Origin: Malacoraja senta
Lineage: Eukaryota
Length of the DNA stretch: 64,000 nucleotides
Reading direction: 5' to 3'
Assembly: GCA_038087875.1 (NCBI GenBank)
Contig: CM075989.1
Location: 124,001-188,000 of the forward strand
A program made the translations under genes and the position numbers. The notes below the pieces were generated by a model. The model made no database searches and was not told the DNA's origin. It saw only the letters and a list, made by a program, of their open reading frames with translations. Within the stretch, counting starts at the first letter, position 1; each line of letters begins with the position of its first letter. Below are positions 23,945 through 36,415 of the stretch, piece by piece.

Positions 23945-26898
23945 GTTTCTGGTTGGATTCAAGTTTCTGGATCATTGGGACCTTTTTGGGGAAGGTGTGA
24001 CCTGTACAAAAAGGATGGGTTGCACTTGAACCCGAGGGGGACCAATATCCTGGCGGGGAAATTTGCAAAGACTACTGCGGACACTTTAAACTAGAAAGGT
24101 TGGGTGGAGGGACTCAAATAGAGAAAGCTATTTCGACGGTGTGTGAGGCAGGAGGCAGAAAAGGGAAGCACTCAGACCCAACATGTAGGGTAGAAAGAAG
24201 AAAAAGATAATAAACAGAGAATAAGAGTGGCGGGTTTCATAAATGTGTGAACAGAGAGATAGAGGGGTGTAAAATGAGGGTAGAAGCAATAGGTATCAAG
24301 GTGAAAAGTAAAAGTGGCAGTCAGACATTTAAATCCAGGGCAAAAATCAAATAGAGCCACTTTTCAACATAATTGTATAAGGGGTAAGAATGTTGTAAAA
24401 TCAAGCCTGAAGGCTTTGTGTCTCAATGCAATGAGCATTCATAATAAGGTGGGTGAGTTGAATGTGCAGATAGTTATTAATGAATATGATATAGTTGGGA
24501 TCTCGGAGACATGGCTCCAGGGTGACCAAGGCTGGGAGCTGAACATCCAGGGATATTCAATATTCAGGAGGGATAGACAGAAAGGAAAAGGAGGTGGGGT
24601 AGCGTTGCTGGTTAGAGAGGAGATTAACGCAATAGAAAGGAGGGACATTAGCTTGGAGGATGTGGAATCGATATGGGTAGAGCTGCGAAACACTAAGGGG
24701 CAGAAAACGCTAGTGGGAGTTGTGTACATGCCACCTAACAGTAGTAGTGGAGTTGGGGATGGCATCAAACAGGAAATTAGAAATACGTGCAACAAAGGTA
24801 AAACAGTTATAATGGGTGACATCAATCTACATATAGATTGGGTGAATCAAATTGGCAGGAAGAGGATTTCTTGGAATGTATGTGGGATAGTTTTCTAAAC
24901 CAACATGTAGAGGAACCAACGAGAGAGCAGGCTATTCTAGACTGGGTATTGAGTAATGAGGAAGGGTTAGTTAGCAGTCTTGTTGTGCGTGGCCCCTTGG
25001 GCAAGAGTGACCATAATATGGTTGAGTTCTTCATTAGGATGGAGAGTGACATAATTAATTTAGAAACAAGGGTTCTGAACTTAAAGAAAGGTAACTTTGA
25101 GGGTATGAGACGTGAATTGGACAAGATAGACTGGCAACTGATTCTTAAAGGGTTGACGGTGGATATGCAATGGAAGGCATTTAAAGACTGCATGGATGAA
25201 CTACAACAATTGTTCATCCCAGTTTGGCAAAAGAATAAATCAGGGAAGGTAGTGCATCCGTGGATAACAAGGGAAATCAGGGATAGTATCAAAACAAAAG
25301 ATGAAGCATACAAATTAGCCAGAAAAAGCAGCCTACCAGAGGACTGAGAGAAATTCACAGTCCAGCAGAGGAGGACAAAGGACTTAATTAGGAAAGGGAA
25401 AATAGATTATGAAAGAAAACTGACGGTACATAAAATCTGACTGCAAAGATTTTTATACATATGCGAGGAAAAAAAGATTAGTTAAAACAAATGTAGGTCC
25501 CTTGCAGTCAGAAACAGGTGAATTGATCATGGGGAACAAGGACATGGCAGACCAATTGAATAACTGCTTTGGTTCTGACTTCACTGCGGAAGACATAAAT
25601 AATCTGCCGGAAATAGCAGGGGACCGGGGGTCAAATGGGATGGAGGAACTGAGTGAAATCCAAGTTAGCCAGGAAGTGGTGTTAGGTAAATTGAATGGAT
25701 TAAAGGCCGATAAATCCCTAGGACCAGATAGGCTGAATCCCAGAGTACTTAAGGAAGTAGCCCCAGAAATAGTGAATGCATTAATGATATATTTTCAAAA
25801 CTCTTTAGATTCTGGAGTACTTCCTGAGGATTGGAGGGCAGCTAATGTAACCCCATTTTTTTAAAAAGGGAGGGAGAGAGAAAACAGAGAATTACAGACC
25901 AGTTAGTCTAACATCGGTAGTGGGGAAACTGCTAGAGTCAGTTATTAAAGATGGGATAGCAGCACATTTGGAAAGTGGTGAAATAATTGGACAGTCAGCA
26001 TGGATTTATGAAAGGTAAATCATGTCTGACGAATCTTATAGAATTTTTCGAGGATGTAACTAGTAGAGTGGATAAGGGAGAACCAGTGGATGTGTTATAT
26101 CTGGACTTTCAGAAGGCTTTCGACAAGGTCCCCCATAAGAGATTAGTATTCAAACTTAAAGCACACGGATAGAGAACTGGCTGGCAGACAGGAAGCAAAG
26201 AGTAGGAGTAAACGGGTCATTTTCAGAATGGCAGGCAGTGACTAGTGGGGTACCGCAAGGCTCGGTGCTGGGACCCCAGCTATTTACAATATATATTAAT
26301 GATTTGGACGAGGGAATTGAATGCAACATTTCCAAGTTTGCGGATGACACGAAGCTGGGGGGCAGTGTTAGCTGTGAGGAGGATGCTAGGAGGCTGCAAG
26401 GTGACTTGGATAGGTTGTGTGAGTGGGCAAATGCATGGCAGATGCAGGATAATGTGGATAAATGTGAAGTTATCCACTTTGGTGGAAAAAATAGGAAAGT
26501 AGACTATTATCTGAATGGTGGCCGATTTGGAAAATGGGAGATGCAACGAGACCTGGGTATCATGGTACACCAGTCATTGAAAGTAGTCATGCAGGTGCAG
26601 CAGGCAGTGAAGAAAGCAAATGGTATGTTAACATTCATAGCAAATTGATTTGATTATAGGAGCAGGGAGGTTCTACTGCAGTTGAATAGGGTCTTGGTGA
26701 GACCACACCTGGAGTATTGCGCACAGTTTTGGTCTCCTAATCAGAGGAAAGACATTCTTGCCATAGAGGGAGTACAGAGAATGTTCACCAGACTGATTCC
26801 TGGGATGTCAGGACTTTCATATGAAGAAAGACTGGATAGACTCGGCTTGTACTCGCTAGAATTTAGAAGTTTGAGGGGGGATTTTAGAAGATTGAGGT
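23945..26898 (+). mobile_element. CR1: ORF1 end, APE endonuclease and RT, many lesions
   Basis: DGLHLN esterase end; ISETWL, GGGV, MGD, SDHN endonuclease motifs; RT with FADD. Confidence 0.92.
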
Positions 26899-26899
26899 A

Positions 26900-29061
26900 A
26901 GACCTCCCTGGTGGAATAAAACTGAGTGAAAAAAAGGTCTTACCTTCCACTACCTGCAACCTCCGGCAACCACCTTCAACTAGCAACCACCTTCAACAAG
27001 ATATATACATCATTATTTGAAGCAAATTTTCCACCATTACTGAATAAACTACATAAGAATATTCAATACTGGAAAACACTTCCTATCTCAATGGTTGGCA
27101 AAATGAATGCCATAAAAATGATTTTTTTACCGCAAATATTATACCTTTTTCAGACAATTCCGATATATCTGGCAAAAAACTTTTTTAAAAAACTGGACTA
27201 TTACTAATGATTTTATCTGGGATTATAAGAATCATAGGATAAACAAATATGAATTTCTGGTTGGAAGAAATAGATCATCAACCAGACTGGTTAAAAATGG
27301 AAAAGGAAGATTGTTTACCTTTTGATATCGGTTCGATATTATTTGCTACGTCTAAATTAAACAAAAAAAATTATAGGGAAAACCCTATAATATTTAGTGC
27401 TATACGAATTTGGAAACAATTAAAAAAGACATTAAAATTAGATAATTTATCACTTTTTCTTCCAATTGTGAATAACCATTTGTTTAAGCCTTCATGGTTG
27501 GACGGGGGTTTTACACAATGGAAGAATTATGGAATTAAAAATATGGGACAACTTTACAAGGAAGGCACTTTTCTGACATTTCAGGAGTTGCAACAGACTT
27601 ATGGACTTCGAGGAAATGATTATTTCAGATATCTTCAACTTAGAGATTATGTAAAATCGAATACTCAAAATTTTCGAATTAGAAATTCAGAAATTCTTGA
27701 TGAATGTTGGAACAAACATCCTAATACAGAAAAATTAATATCTTATATATATAATATCTTATTAGACAGTGACATTCCATCGACGGACTTACACAGACAA
27801 ACATGGGAAAAAGAATTAAATCAAATAATAACGAAAGATACTTGGGAAGAAAGTTTGCAACACATACATCAATGTTCATTAAACGCCAGACATTCTCTAA
27901 TACAATTTAAAGTAATACATAGGTTACATTATTCAAAAACAAAACTACATAAAATCTTTCAACATATCTCACCTATATGTGATAAATGTCAACATTTAGA
28001 AGCTACCTTATCTCATATGTTTGCAAACTGTATAATAATTAAAAAATTCTGGGTAAATATTTTCAGTATAATATCTAAAATAACCAGCACACAATTGGAC
28101 CCAGATCCAAAATTAATAATACTTGGAATATTAGAATTAAATCAAACATTTAGAACAACACAAAGAAACTTTATTGATTATAGTTTAATAACAGGAAAAA
28201 AATTAATTCTAACATTTTGGAAAGGCCCTACGACCCCCGCAATCAAAATGTGGATTATAGAAATGACGGAGACCTTAAACGTGGAAAGAATCAGATTCTC
28301 CCTGTTGGACAAACAGGAATTATTCGTTGGAACATGGTCTCCTTTTATTGATTACTTAAAGGGTCAGAACAGTTCAGCACAGGAACCTGACTAGCACTCG
28401 GACTAAAGAATGGATGAAATGCTATACTTAGAAATGTACGAATATATCTCGAATGAAGTTTTTTATTTAAATAAATTTTTCCATTCTTCTTTAACTATCT
28501 TTTTCCTTTTTTTTGTTGTTTTTTTTGTTGTTTTTTTGTTGTTTTTTTTGTTTTTGTTTTTCTTCTCTTTCTTTTCTTTCTTTACTTCATCTATCTCTTT
28601 AGTTCTATTTAGTTTAAAAAAAAAAAAAGGCAAAAGGTATTGGAGACAATGTAATAATAATTGACAATATTATCAATTTAAAAATGTAAGACTGTAATGA
28701 TGTAAATAGGTTGTGTACGTATCTCCAATAAAAATTATTTTCAAAAAAATAAATAAATAAATAAAACTGGGTGAAAAAAAGGTCTTACCTTCCACTACCT
28801 GCAACCGCCGGCAACCACCTTCAACTAGCATCGCAACCGGCTTAGACTAAAAAATTACCGAATTTTAAAACGGCAACCTATTTTCAGTCGTGGCCGGTTT
28901 TGAATTTTTTGAAATAATCGCCGGAACATAGAAGAAGCGGAAACCACTTTCGACCATTAGGGAGAATGACAAAAACCTCTGGGAACCGCACGGAAACCTT
29001 GGGTGGGGCGCAAAGGCTCCAGAGGTTTCCGTTTAAGTTTCCGAAGTGGGACAGAGGCATT
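26900..29061 (+). mobile_element. Non-autonomous DNA element (PIF/Harbinger-like right end AAGTGGGACAGAGGCATT) hosting an L1
   Basis: The same sequence and terminus occur at 63791-63998; the terminus resembles the TIR of the MITE at 43396-44095. Confidence 0.6.
26998..28759 (+). mobile_element. L1-clade LINE, 5'-truncated ORF2 C-terminus plus 3' UTR and poly(A)
   Basis: LP.SMVGKMNAIKM..LP.ILYLFQ, zf-RVT-like region, CCHC knuckle (CDKC...H...C), T-rich 3' UTR, AATAAA and an A/AAAT tail. Confidence 0.9.
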
Positions 29062-29310
29062 AGGAAGCCAAGGAGCAGTCATAGACTGACAGCACGGAAA
29101 CAGGCCCTTTGGCCATACTTGACCATGCCCAATATGCCCAATATGGACTAATCCTATTTGCAGGAAATTTCGACCCTATCTCTTTAAAGCACTTCTATCC
29201 ATGTACTCCGCTCTGTGCCTTTGATATGCTTTGACATACCTAACTCAACGACATCCTCTGCAGCTTGTTCCCTGCACTTACCTTCTCAGTTAAACCTTGC
29301 CTCCAATTAT

Positions 29311-29612
29311 GTTTAGATTGGAGATACAGGGTGGAAGCAGGCCCTTCGGCCCATCGAACCCACGCCGACAAGCGAATCCCATGCACTAGCACTATCCGAC
29401 AAAATAAGGGAAATTTATAAATTTTACGTTACCAATCAACCTACAAACATGCTCTTCTTTGGAGTGTGGGTGGAAACTGGAGCACCCGGGGAAAACACAC
29501 TGGGTCACGGAGAGAATGCATAAATTCTGTACAGACAGCACCCGTAGCGAAGTTTGAACCCGTGTCTCTTGGGATGTGAGGTATCAGCTCCACCCCTCCG
29601 CCACCGTGTGGC
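29311..29612 (-). mobile_element. tRNA-derived V-SINE (HE1-like)
   Basis: B-box-like GGGTTCAAAC on the minus strand, V-domain (TGGAGCACCCGGGGAAAAC...GGAGAGAATGCATAAA) and a CR1-type 3' tail. Confidence 0.75.
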
Positions 29613-29704
29613 CACTATTAAATGTTTCCACTCTCACAAACCTATGTCTATTAGTTCTTGAGTCCCACATCCTCAGTGAAACACTTTGCATTCATCCCGT
29701 CAAT

Positions 29705-32700
29705 CATAGAAACATAGAAACATAGAAAATAGGTGCAGGAGGAGGCCATTCGGCCCTTCGAGCCTGCACCGCCATTCAATATGATCATGGCTGATCATCC
29801 AACTCAGTATCCTGTACCTGCTTTCTCTCCATACACCCTGATCCCTTTAGCCACAAGGGCCACATCTAACTCCCTCTTAAATATAGACAATGAACTGGCC
29901 TCAACTGCATTCTGTGGCAGAGAATTCCAGAGATTCAACACTCTCATGGCTGATCGTCCCTATTCAATAACCCATGCCTGCCTTCTCCCCATGTCCCTTG
30001 ACTCCACTATCCCCTAGAGCTCTATCTAACTCTCTCTTAAATCCATCCAGTGACTTGGCCTCCACTGTCTCTGTGGCAGGGAATTCCATAAATTCACAAC
30101 TCCCTGCGTGAAAAAGTGTTTTCTCACTTCAGTCTTAAATGACCTCCCCTTTATTCTAACACTGTGGCCCTTGGTTCTGGACTCGCCCAAAATTGGGAAC
30201 TTTTTCCTGCATCTAGCTTGTCCAGTCCTTTTATAATTTTATATGTTCCTATAAGATTCCCCCTCATCCTTCTAAACGCCAGTGAATACAATCCCAGTCT
30301 TTTCAATATTTCATCATATGACAGTCCCGCCATCCCAGGAATCAATCTCGTGAACCTATGCTGCACTGCCTCACTCACAAGGATGTCCTTCCTCAAATTA
30401 GGAGACCAAAACTGTACACAATACTCCAGATGTGGTCTCACCAGAGCAATATACAACTGCAGAAGAACCTCTTTACTCCTATACTGAAATCCTCTTGTTA
30501 TGAAGGCCAACATTCCATTCGATTTCTTTACGGCCTGCTGTACCTGCACGCCAACTTTCAGTGTCCGGTGTACAAGGACACCCAGGTCTCGTTGTACCTC
30601 CCCCTTACCTAACCCCATCGAGATAATAATCGGCCCCCATGTTTTTGCCGCCAAAGTGGATAACCTCACATTTATCTATATTATACTGCATCTGCCACGC
30701 ATCTGCCCACTCACTCAACCTGTCCAGGTCACCCTGCAACCTCCTAACATCCTCTTCACAGTTCACACTGCCACCCAGCTTTGTGTCATCCGCAAACCTG
30801 CTAGTGTTGCTCCTAATTCCCTCTTCCAAATCATTAATATATATGGTAAACAGTTGCGGCCCCAACAGTGAGCCTTGCGGCACTCCACTCGCCACTGTCT
30901 GCCATTCTGAAAAGGACCCGTTCACTCCTACTCTTTGCTTCCGGTCTGCCAACCAATTTTCTATCCATGTCAACACCCTACCCCCAATACCATGTGCTCT
31001 AATTTTAGTCACAAGTCTCCCGTGCGGGACATTATCAAAGGATTTCTGAAATGCTAGATACACGACATCCACTGGCACCCCTACATCCATTTTACTTGTC
31101 ACATCCTCAAAAAATTCCAGAAGATTAGTGAAGCATGATTTCCCTTTCATAAATCGATGTTGACTTGCACTAATCCTTTTACTGCTATCCAAATGCCCCA
31201 TAATTACCTCTTTAATAATTGACTCCAGCATCTTTCCCACCACTGAAGTCAGGCTAACTGGTCTGTAATTCCCCGTTTTCTCTCTCGCTCCTTTCTTGAA
31301 AAGTGGGAAAACATTTGCTATCCTCCAATCCACAGGAACTGATCCTGAATCTATTGAACATTGGAAAATGATCACCAATGCGTCCACTATTTCTAGAGCC
31401 ACCTCCCTGAGGACCCTGGGAAGCAGACCATCAGGCCCATGGGGATATATCATCCTTCAGTCACATTAGCTTACTGAATACTATTTCTCGCCTAAGGAAA
31501 ATTTATTTCAGTTCCTCTACGCCCTTAGATCCTCTGTCCTCCAGTACATCTGGGAGATTGTTTGTGTCTTCCTTAGTGAAGACAGATCCGAAGTACTTAT
31601 TCAACTCTTCTGCCATTTCCTTGTTGCCCATAATAATTTCACCCGTGTCTGCCTTCAAGGGACCCACATTTGACATTGCTAGACTTTTTTCCATTAACAT
31701 ATCTAAAGAAGCGTTTACTGTCCTTCTTCTTATTCTTAGCCAGCTTCCCCTCGTACTTCATCTTTTCAGCCCGTATTGCCCATTTTGTTTCCTTCTGTTG
31801 TCCTATGAACGTTTCCCAATCCCCTGGCTTCCGGCTACTCTTTGCTGTGTTATACATCTTTTCTTTTAGATTTATTCTATCCCTAACCTCTCTTGTCAGC
31901 CACGGTTGCCTCCTACTCCCCTTAGATTCGTTCTTCCTTTTTGGAATGAAATGATCCTGCGTCTTCCGGATTATCCCCAGAAATTCCTGCCATTGCTGTT
32001 CCACCGTCATTCCTGCTAGGATCCCTTTCCAGTCTACTTTGGCCAGCTCCCCTCTCATGCCTTCATAGTCCCCTTTGTTCAACTGCATCATTGCCACTTC
32101 CGATTTAACCTTCTCCTTCTCAAATTGCAGATTAAAACTAATCATATTATGATCACTACCTCCAAGCGGTTCCTTTACCTCGAGTTCTCTTACCATATCT
32201 GGTTCATTGGACAAAACTAAATACAGAATTGCCTTTTCTCTGGTCGGCTCCATTACAAGCTGCTCTAAGAATCCATCACGGAGGCATTCTACAAACTCTC
32301 TTTCCTGGGGTCCTTAAACAACCTGATTTTCCCAGTCTACCTGCGTATTGAAATCCCCCATCACCACAGTGGCCTTACCTTTGTTACATGCCAGTTTTAA
32401 CTCCTGCTGCAACTTACACCCTATATCCGGGCTACTATTTGGGGATCTGTTAATAACACCACTTAGTGTCTTCTTGCCTTTACGATTCCTCAACTCAATC
32501 CACAGTGACTCTACCTCGTCAGTCCCTATGTCTTCCCTCGCAAGGGACTGAATTCCATCCCTCACCAGCAGAGCTACCCCCCTCCTCTGCCCACCTGCCT
32601 GTCCTTTCTATAGGATGTAGAACCCTGAATATTAAGTCCTCAGGGGCCCGATCCTCCTTCAGCCACGTCACAGTAATCGCCACAATATCATAACTACCAA

Positions 32701-33910
32701 CATCTAACTGAGCCTCAAGCTCATCTACTTTACTTCTTATATTTTGCGCATTCATATACAATACTTTTAATTCCTTATGCATCTCACCTTTCACATCGAT
32801 CCCAATTACACTTGGCCATACTCTCCTATCCCTTTGTGAGCTTCCTTTCCCGTTAATTCTGGGGTCATTAATCATCCCTTTACTCTTTTTCCCTTTAACT
32901 CCGTCCTCGACTATCCCATTTGAAACCCCACCCCCCTTATTCAGTTTAAAACCACCCGTGTAGCAGTGGCAAACCTGCCTGCCAGAATGCTGGTCCCCCA
33001 CCTGTTAAGATGCAATCCATCCCTTTTGTACAGTTCCCCCTTACTCCCAAACAGATCCCAGTGACGTAAGAATCTAAATCCCTGCTCCCTGCACCAATTC
33101 CTCAGCCACACATTCATGTCCCGTATCTCCCTGTTCCTGCTCTCGCCAGCATGAGGAACTGGAAGCAAAGCGGAGATAACAACCCTGGTTGTCCTGCTTT
33201 TCAACATTTTTCCGAGCTCTCTAAAGTCACGCTGCAGAATATTCATCCCCTTCTTTCCGACATCGTTTGTGCCGACATGCACTACCACTTCCGGCTGTTC
33301 ACCTTCGCCCTTGAGGATTTTCTGCACTCTGTCCATGACATCCTGGATCCTGGCACCAGGAAGGCAGCACACCATCCTCGAATCACGTCTGTTGCTGCAG
33401 AAACCCCTGTCCGTACCTCTCACAATGGAGTCTCCAACTACAATGGCGTTGCCTGACGTTGGCCTCTTTGGTTTTGGCTCAACAGACCTGTTTGCTTCGC
33501 AAGCCAGTGCGCCGATCAGTGCGTTAATGTCTTCTGTCCTGGCAGTTTCCAAGTGGTTGAACCTCTTCACAAGAGGTATAACACCCGGGGATGTTTGCAT
33601 TCCATGTTTCCCTCCCTTTCTCACCGTCACCCACCTTCTCTCTTCCAGTACCTTAGGTGTAACAATCTTACTGTAGGACTTGTCGAGGAACGACTCAGTT
33701 TCTCGGACGAACCTGAGGTCATCCACTTGCTTCTCCAGTTCCCCAACACGGTCCTTCAGGAGCTGTACCTGGATGCACTTCTCACATTTGTAGTAGCCAG
33801 AGGCACCAGCAGTGTCCTTGACCTCCCACATACTGCAAGCATCACACTGAATCAGGTTGCCTGACATCTCCTTCTTTCATCTCTCCCTCTCCAGCGTTTT
33901 GCGTAGCACT
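29705..33910 (-). mobile_element. Near full-length CR1 (5' UTR, ORF1, ORF2 with EN and RT, 3' UTR); a second CR1 3' end is appended at 29705-29945
   Basis: Continuous ORF1-EN-RT-C-terminus across ORFs 32941-33867, 32314-33001, 31639-32253, 30605-31453 and 30151-30669. Confidence 0.93.
32941..33867 (-). CDS. CR1 ORF1p: zinc finger/coiled coil plus SGNH esterase (308 aa, uninterrupted)
   Basis: CxxC...CxxC, leucine heptads, GDS, PGA, VHVGTND, DGLHL. Confidence 0.9.
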   Translation of the reverse strand: MSGNLIQCDACSMWEVKDTAGASGYYKCEKCIQVQLLKDRVGELEKQVDDLRFVRETESFLDKSYSKIVTPKVLEERRWVTVRKGGKHGMQTSPGVIPLVKRFNHLETARTEDINALIGALACEANRSVEPKPKRPTSGNAIVVGDSIVRGTDRGFCSNRRDSRMVCCLPGARIQDVMDRVQKILKGEGEQPEVVVHVGTNDVGKKGMNILQRDFRELGKMLKSRTTRVVISALLPVPHAGESRNREIRDMNVWLRNWCREQGFRFLRHWDLFGSKGELYKRDGLHLNRWGTSILAGRFATATRVVLN

Positions 33911-34177
33911 CATTTATTCCCCCTCATTAATCCCCCTCATTTATTTATAAGCCTCATTTTGCTGAGTTCTTAGCTTCTTGTGCTCCAAGAATTGAAGTCT
34001 GAGCCTATCCAATCAACATAGCTGTGGCCCATGAATCTTTGGCACTTCATCGTGCATCTTCACCACACTCCTTGCAGCTTACTGCCATCCTTCCCAAAGT
34101 AGAGTGATCACAACGGAACTCAATAGTGGAAATGTGGCATCACCATGTCCTTCTACAACTATAAAATAACATCCCCA

Positions 34178-35757
34178 TCTATGTCCAAGACACCTTACAT
34201 GCTCTTAGTCTCCTTCATGACTTCCGTTTTCCAGGCCCCTACTCCCTCATCTTCACCCTGGATTTCCAGTCATTCTACACCTCCATCCCCCACCAGGAGT
34301 GTCTTAAAGCCTTCTGTTTCTTCCTCGACCGGAGAACCCTGTCTAGTAATACCCTCCTCCACCTAGCGGAGCTGGTCCTTACCCTCAACAACTTTTCTTT
34401 TGATTCCTCCCATGTCCTCCAAATCCATGGTGTAGCTATGGGCACGCGCATGGGCCCCAGCTATGCCTGCCTCATTTAAGGGTATGTAGAACAATCCTTG
34501 TTCGAGGCATACCTTGGCCCTACCCTCGAACTCTACCTCCGCCACATTGACGACTGCATTGGTGCGATCTCCTGCACCCATGCAGAACTCACTGACCATC
34601 TATTTCACCATTAACTTCCATCTGGCACACAAAATCATCTGGTCCATTTCCGACATCTCCTTCCCGTTTCTCGACCCCACTATCTCCATCGCAGGTAACA
34701 GACAACAGACCGGCATCTACTACAAACCCACTGACTGCCATAGCTATCATGACTGCATTTCTTCGCACCCTGCTTCCTGAAAGGACTCTATCCGCTGCTC
34801 CCAATTCCTCGGTCTACGCCGCACCAGGATGAGGTTTTCCAAAACAGGGCATCGGAGATGTCCTCATTATTTAGGAAACGGGGGTTCCCCTCCTATTATA
34901 GATGTCTCTCACCAGGGTGTCCTCAATATCCCGCAGTTTCGCCCTCACTACCCATCCCCCTACTCGTAACAAGGACAGAGACACCTTGCCCTCACCTTCC
35001 ACCCCATCAGCCATCGCATACAACATATAATCCTCCGACATTTTCGCCATCTCCAACGGGATCCTACCACTGGCCACATCTTTCCATCTCTTTCCCTTTG
35101 TGTTTTCTGCAGAGACCGTTCCTTCCGTAACGCCCTGGTCAATTCGTTCCTTCCCACCAAAACCGCAGGAGATGCAACACCTGTCCCTTTACCCCCCCCC
35201 CCTCGACTCCATTCAAGGACCCAATCACTATTTCCAGGTGAGGCATCTCCTCCAATCTCATCTAGTGCATCCGCTGTTCCAGGTGTCCATTTCTCTAGAC
35301 CAAGCGATCACTTCACCCAACACTTTTGCTCAGTTTGCACTAACCAACCCGATCTCCCGGTGGGTCAGCACTTCAACCCCCCCTCCCATTCCAAATCTGA
35401 CCTTTCTGGCCTGGGCCTCCTCCATTGTCAAATTGAGGCCCAGTGCAAATTGGAGGAACAGCACCTCATATTTCACTTGGGTGGTTTATACCCCAGCGGT
35501 ATGAACATTTACTTCTCTAATTTCAGATGTTCCTTCCTATCTCCTTCCTTCCCCTCCCGTTCTCAGCTCTCCCTCAAGCCTACTGTCTCCGCCTCTTCCT
35601 TTATTTTTCCCACCCCCCCCACATCAGTCTGAAGAAGGGTTTCGACCCGAAACGTCGCCTCTTTCTTCTCCCCATAGATGCTGCCTCACCCACTGAGTTC
35701 TCCCAACATTTTAGTCTACCATCTATTTATCCAGCATCTGAAGTTCTTTCTTTAACA
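34178..35757 (+). mobile_element. Penelope-like element, degenerate (RT, GIY-YIG remnant, 3' pLTR)
   Basis: GVAMGTRMGPSYA, HIDD, YYKPTD, S.HPAS, QHFN, GMN; terminal repeat with a hammerhead motif. Confidence 0.88.
35624..35662 (+). ncRNA. Minimal hammerhead ribozyme-like motif
   Basis: CTGAAGA-A-GGGT(TTCG)ACCC-GAAAC-GTC. Confidence 0.6.
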
Positions 35758-36415
35758 TCCCAACATCTGTAGTCAATATCCTGAGTGACAGCGGCCAAAG
35801 CCTTCGCTGTCACCAGATCTACTCGTTACGCCACTTCCGCGGGTCTATCATCAAATCACACTGCTCTCCAAATCACCCTCCGAAATCGGACAGAGAAGTT
35901 GAGAAAGGGATAATAGTGTGGCGGCAAGTAACCCAGTGGCCGTTTTTAACAGACGGACGCTCTCTCCATTTCAAGACTATCAGTGGCACCCATATGGAAG
36001 ATTTTGCAGATGATCCCTGGAGAGCTGAGCACAAAACCCGACTCTCAGTCATTTACGTCCAGCGCATGTGAGCGATGCCTATACTGCAGCCCATATCAGC
36101 AATCCTCGATTTTCTCCTTATAAACTATACTCTGAATTGGCTATTGCAAAATAATATTAAGGGAAAGCAAAGCAGTGAGCAGTTATTGTTTAATCAATTC
36201 AGCTTTTCACACTGTTTTTCTTGACAATCAGTTGATATCAGATCCAAACGAAACGTAGTTCCCTGGTGAAAGATTCGTTGCGCTTTACTTGGTGCAACAT
36301 TTCTCCTCACCGAAGCACGCTCCGCTTTCCTTAAAGCCATCGGGGCAGGGGTTCAGACATGTTCCCCTCTGAAGGCTGCACTTATCTGTACGACACAAAA
36401 TACAAGATGAATTAT

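Noticed and set aside
36010..36067. Possible 58-bp exon (TTTTGCAG acceptor, GTGAGC donor)
   Set aside because: Splice-like motifs only; no recognisable protein or partner exons.
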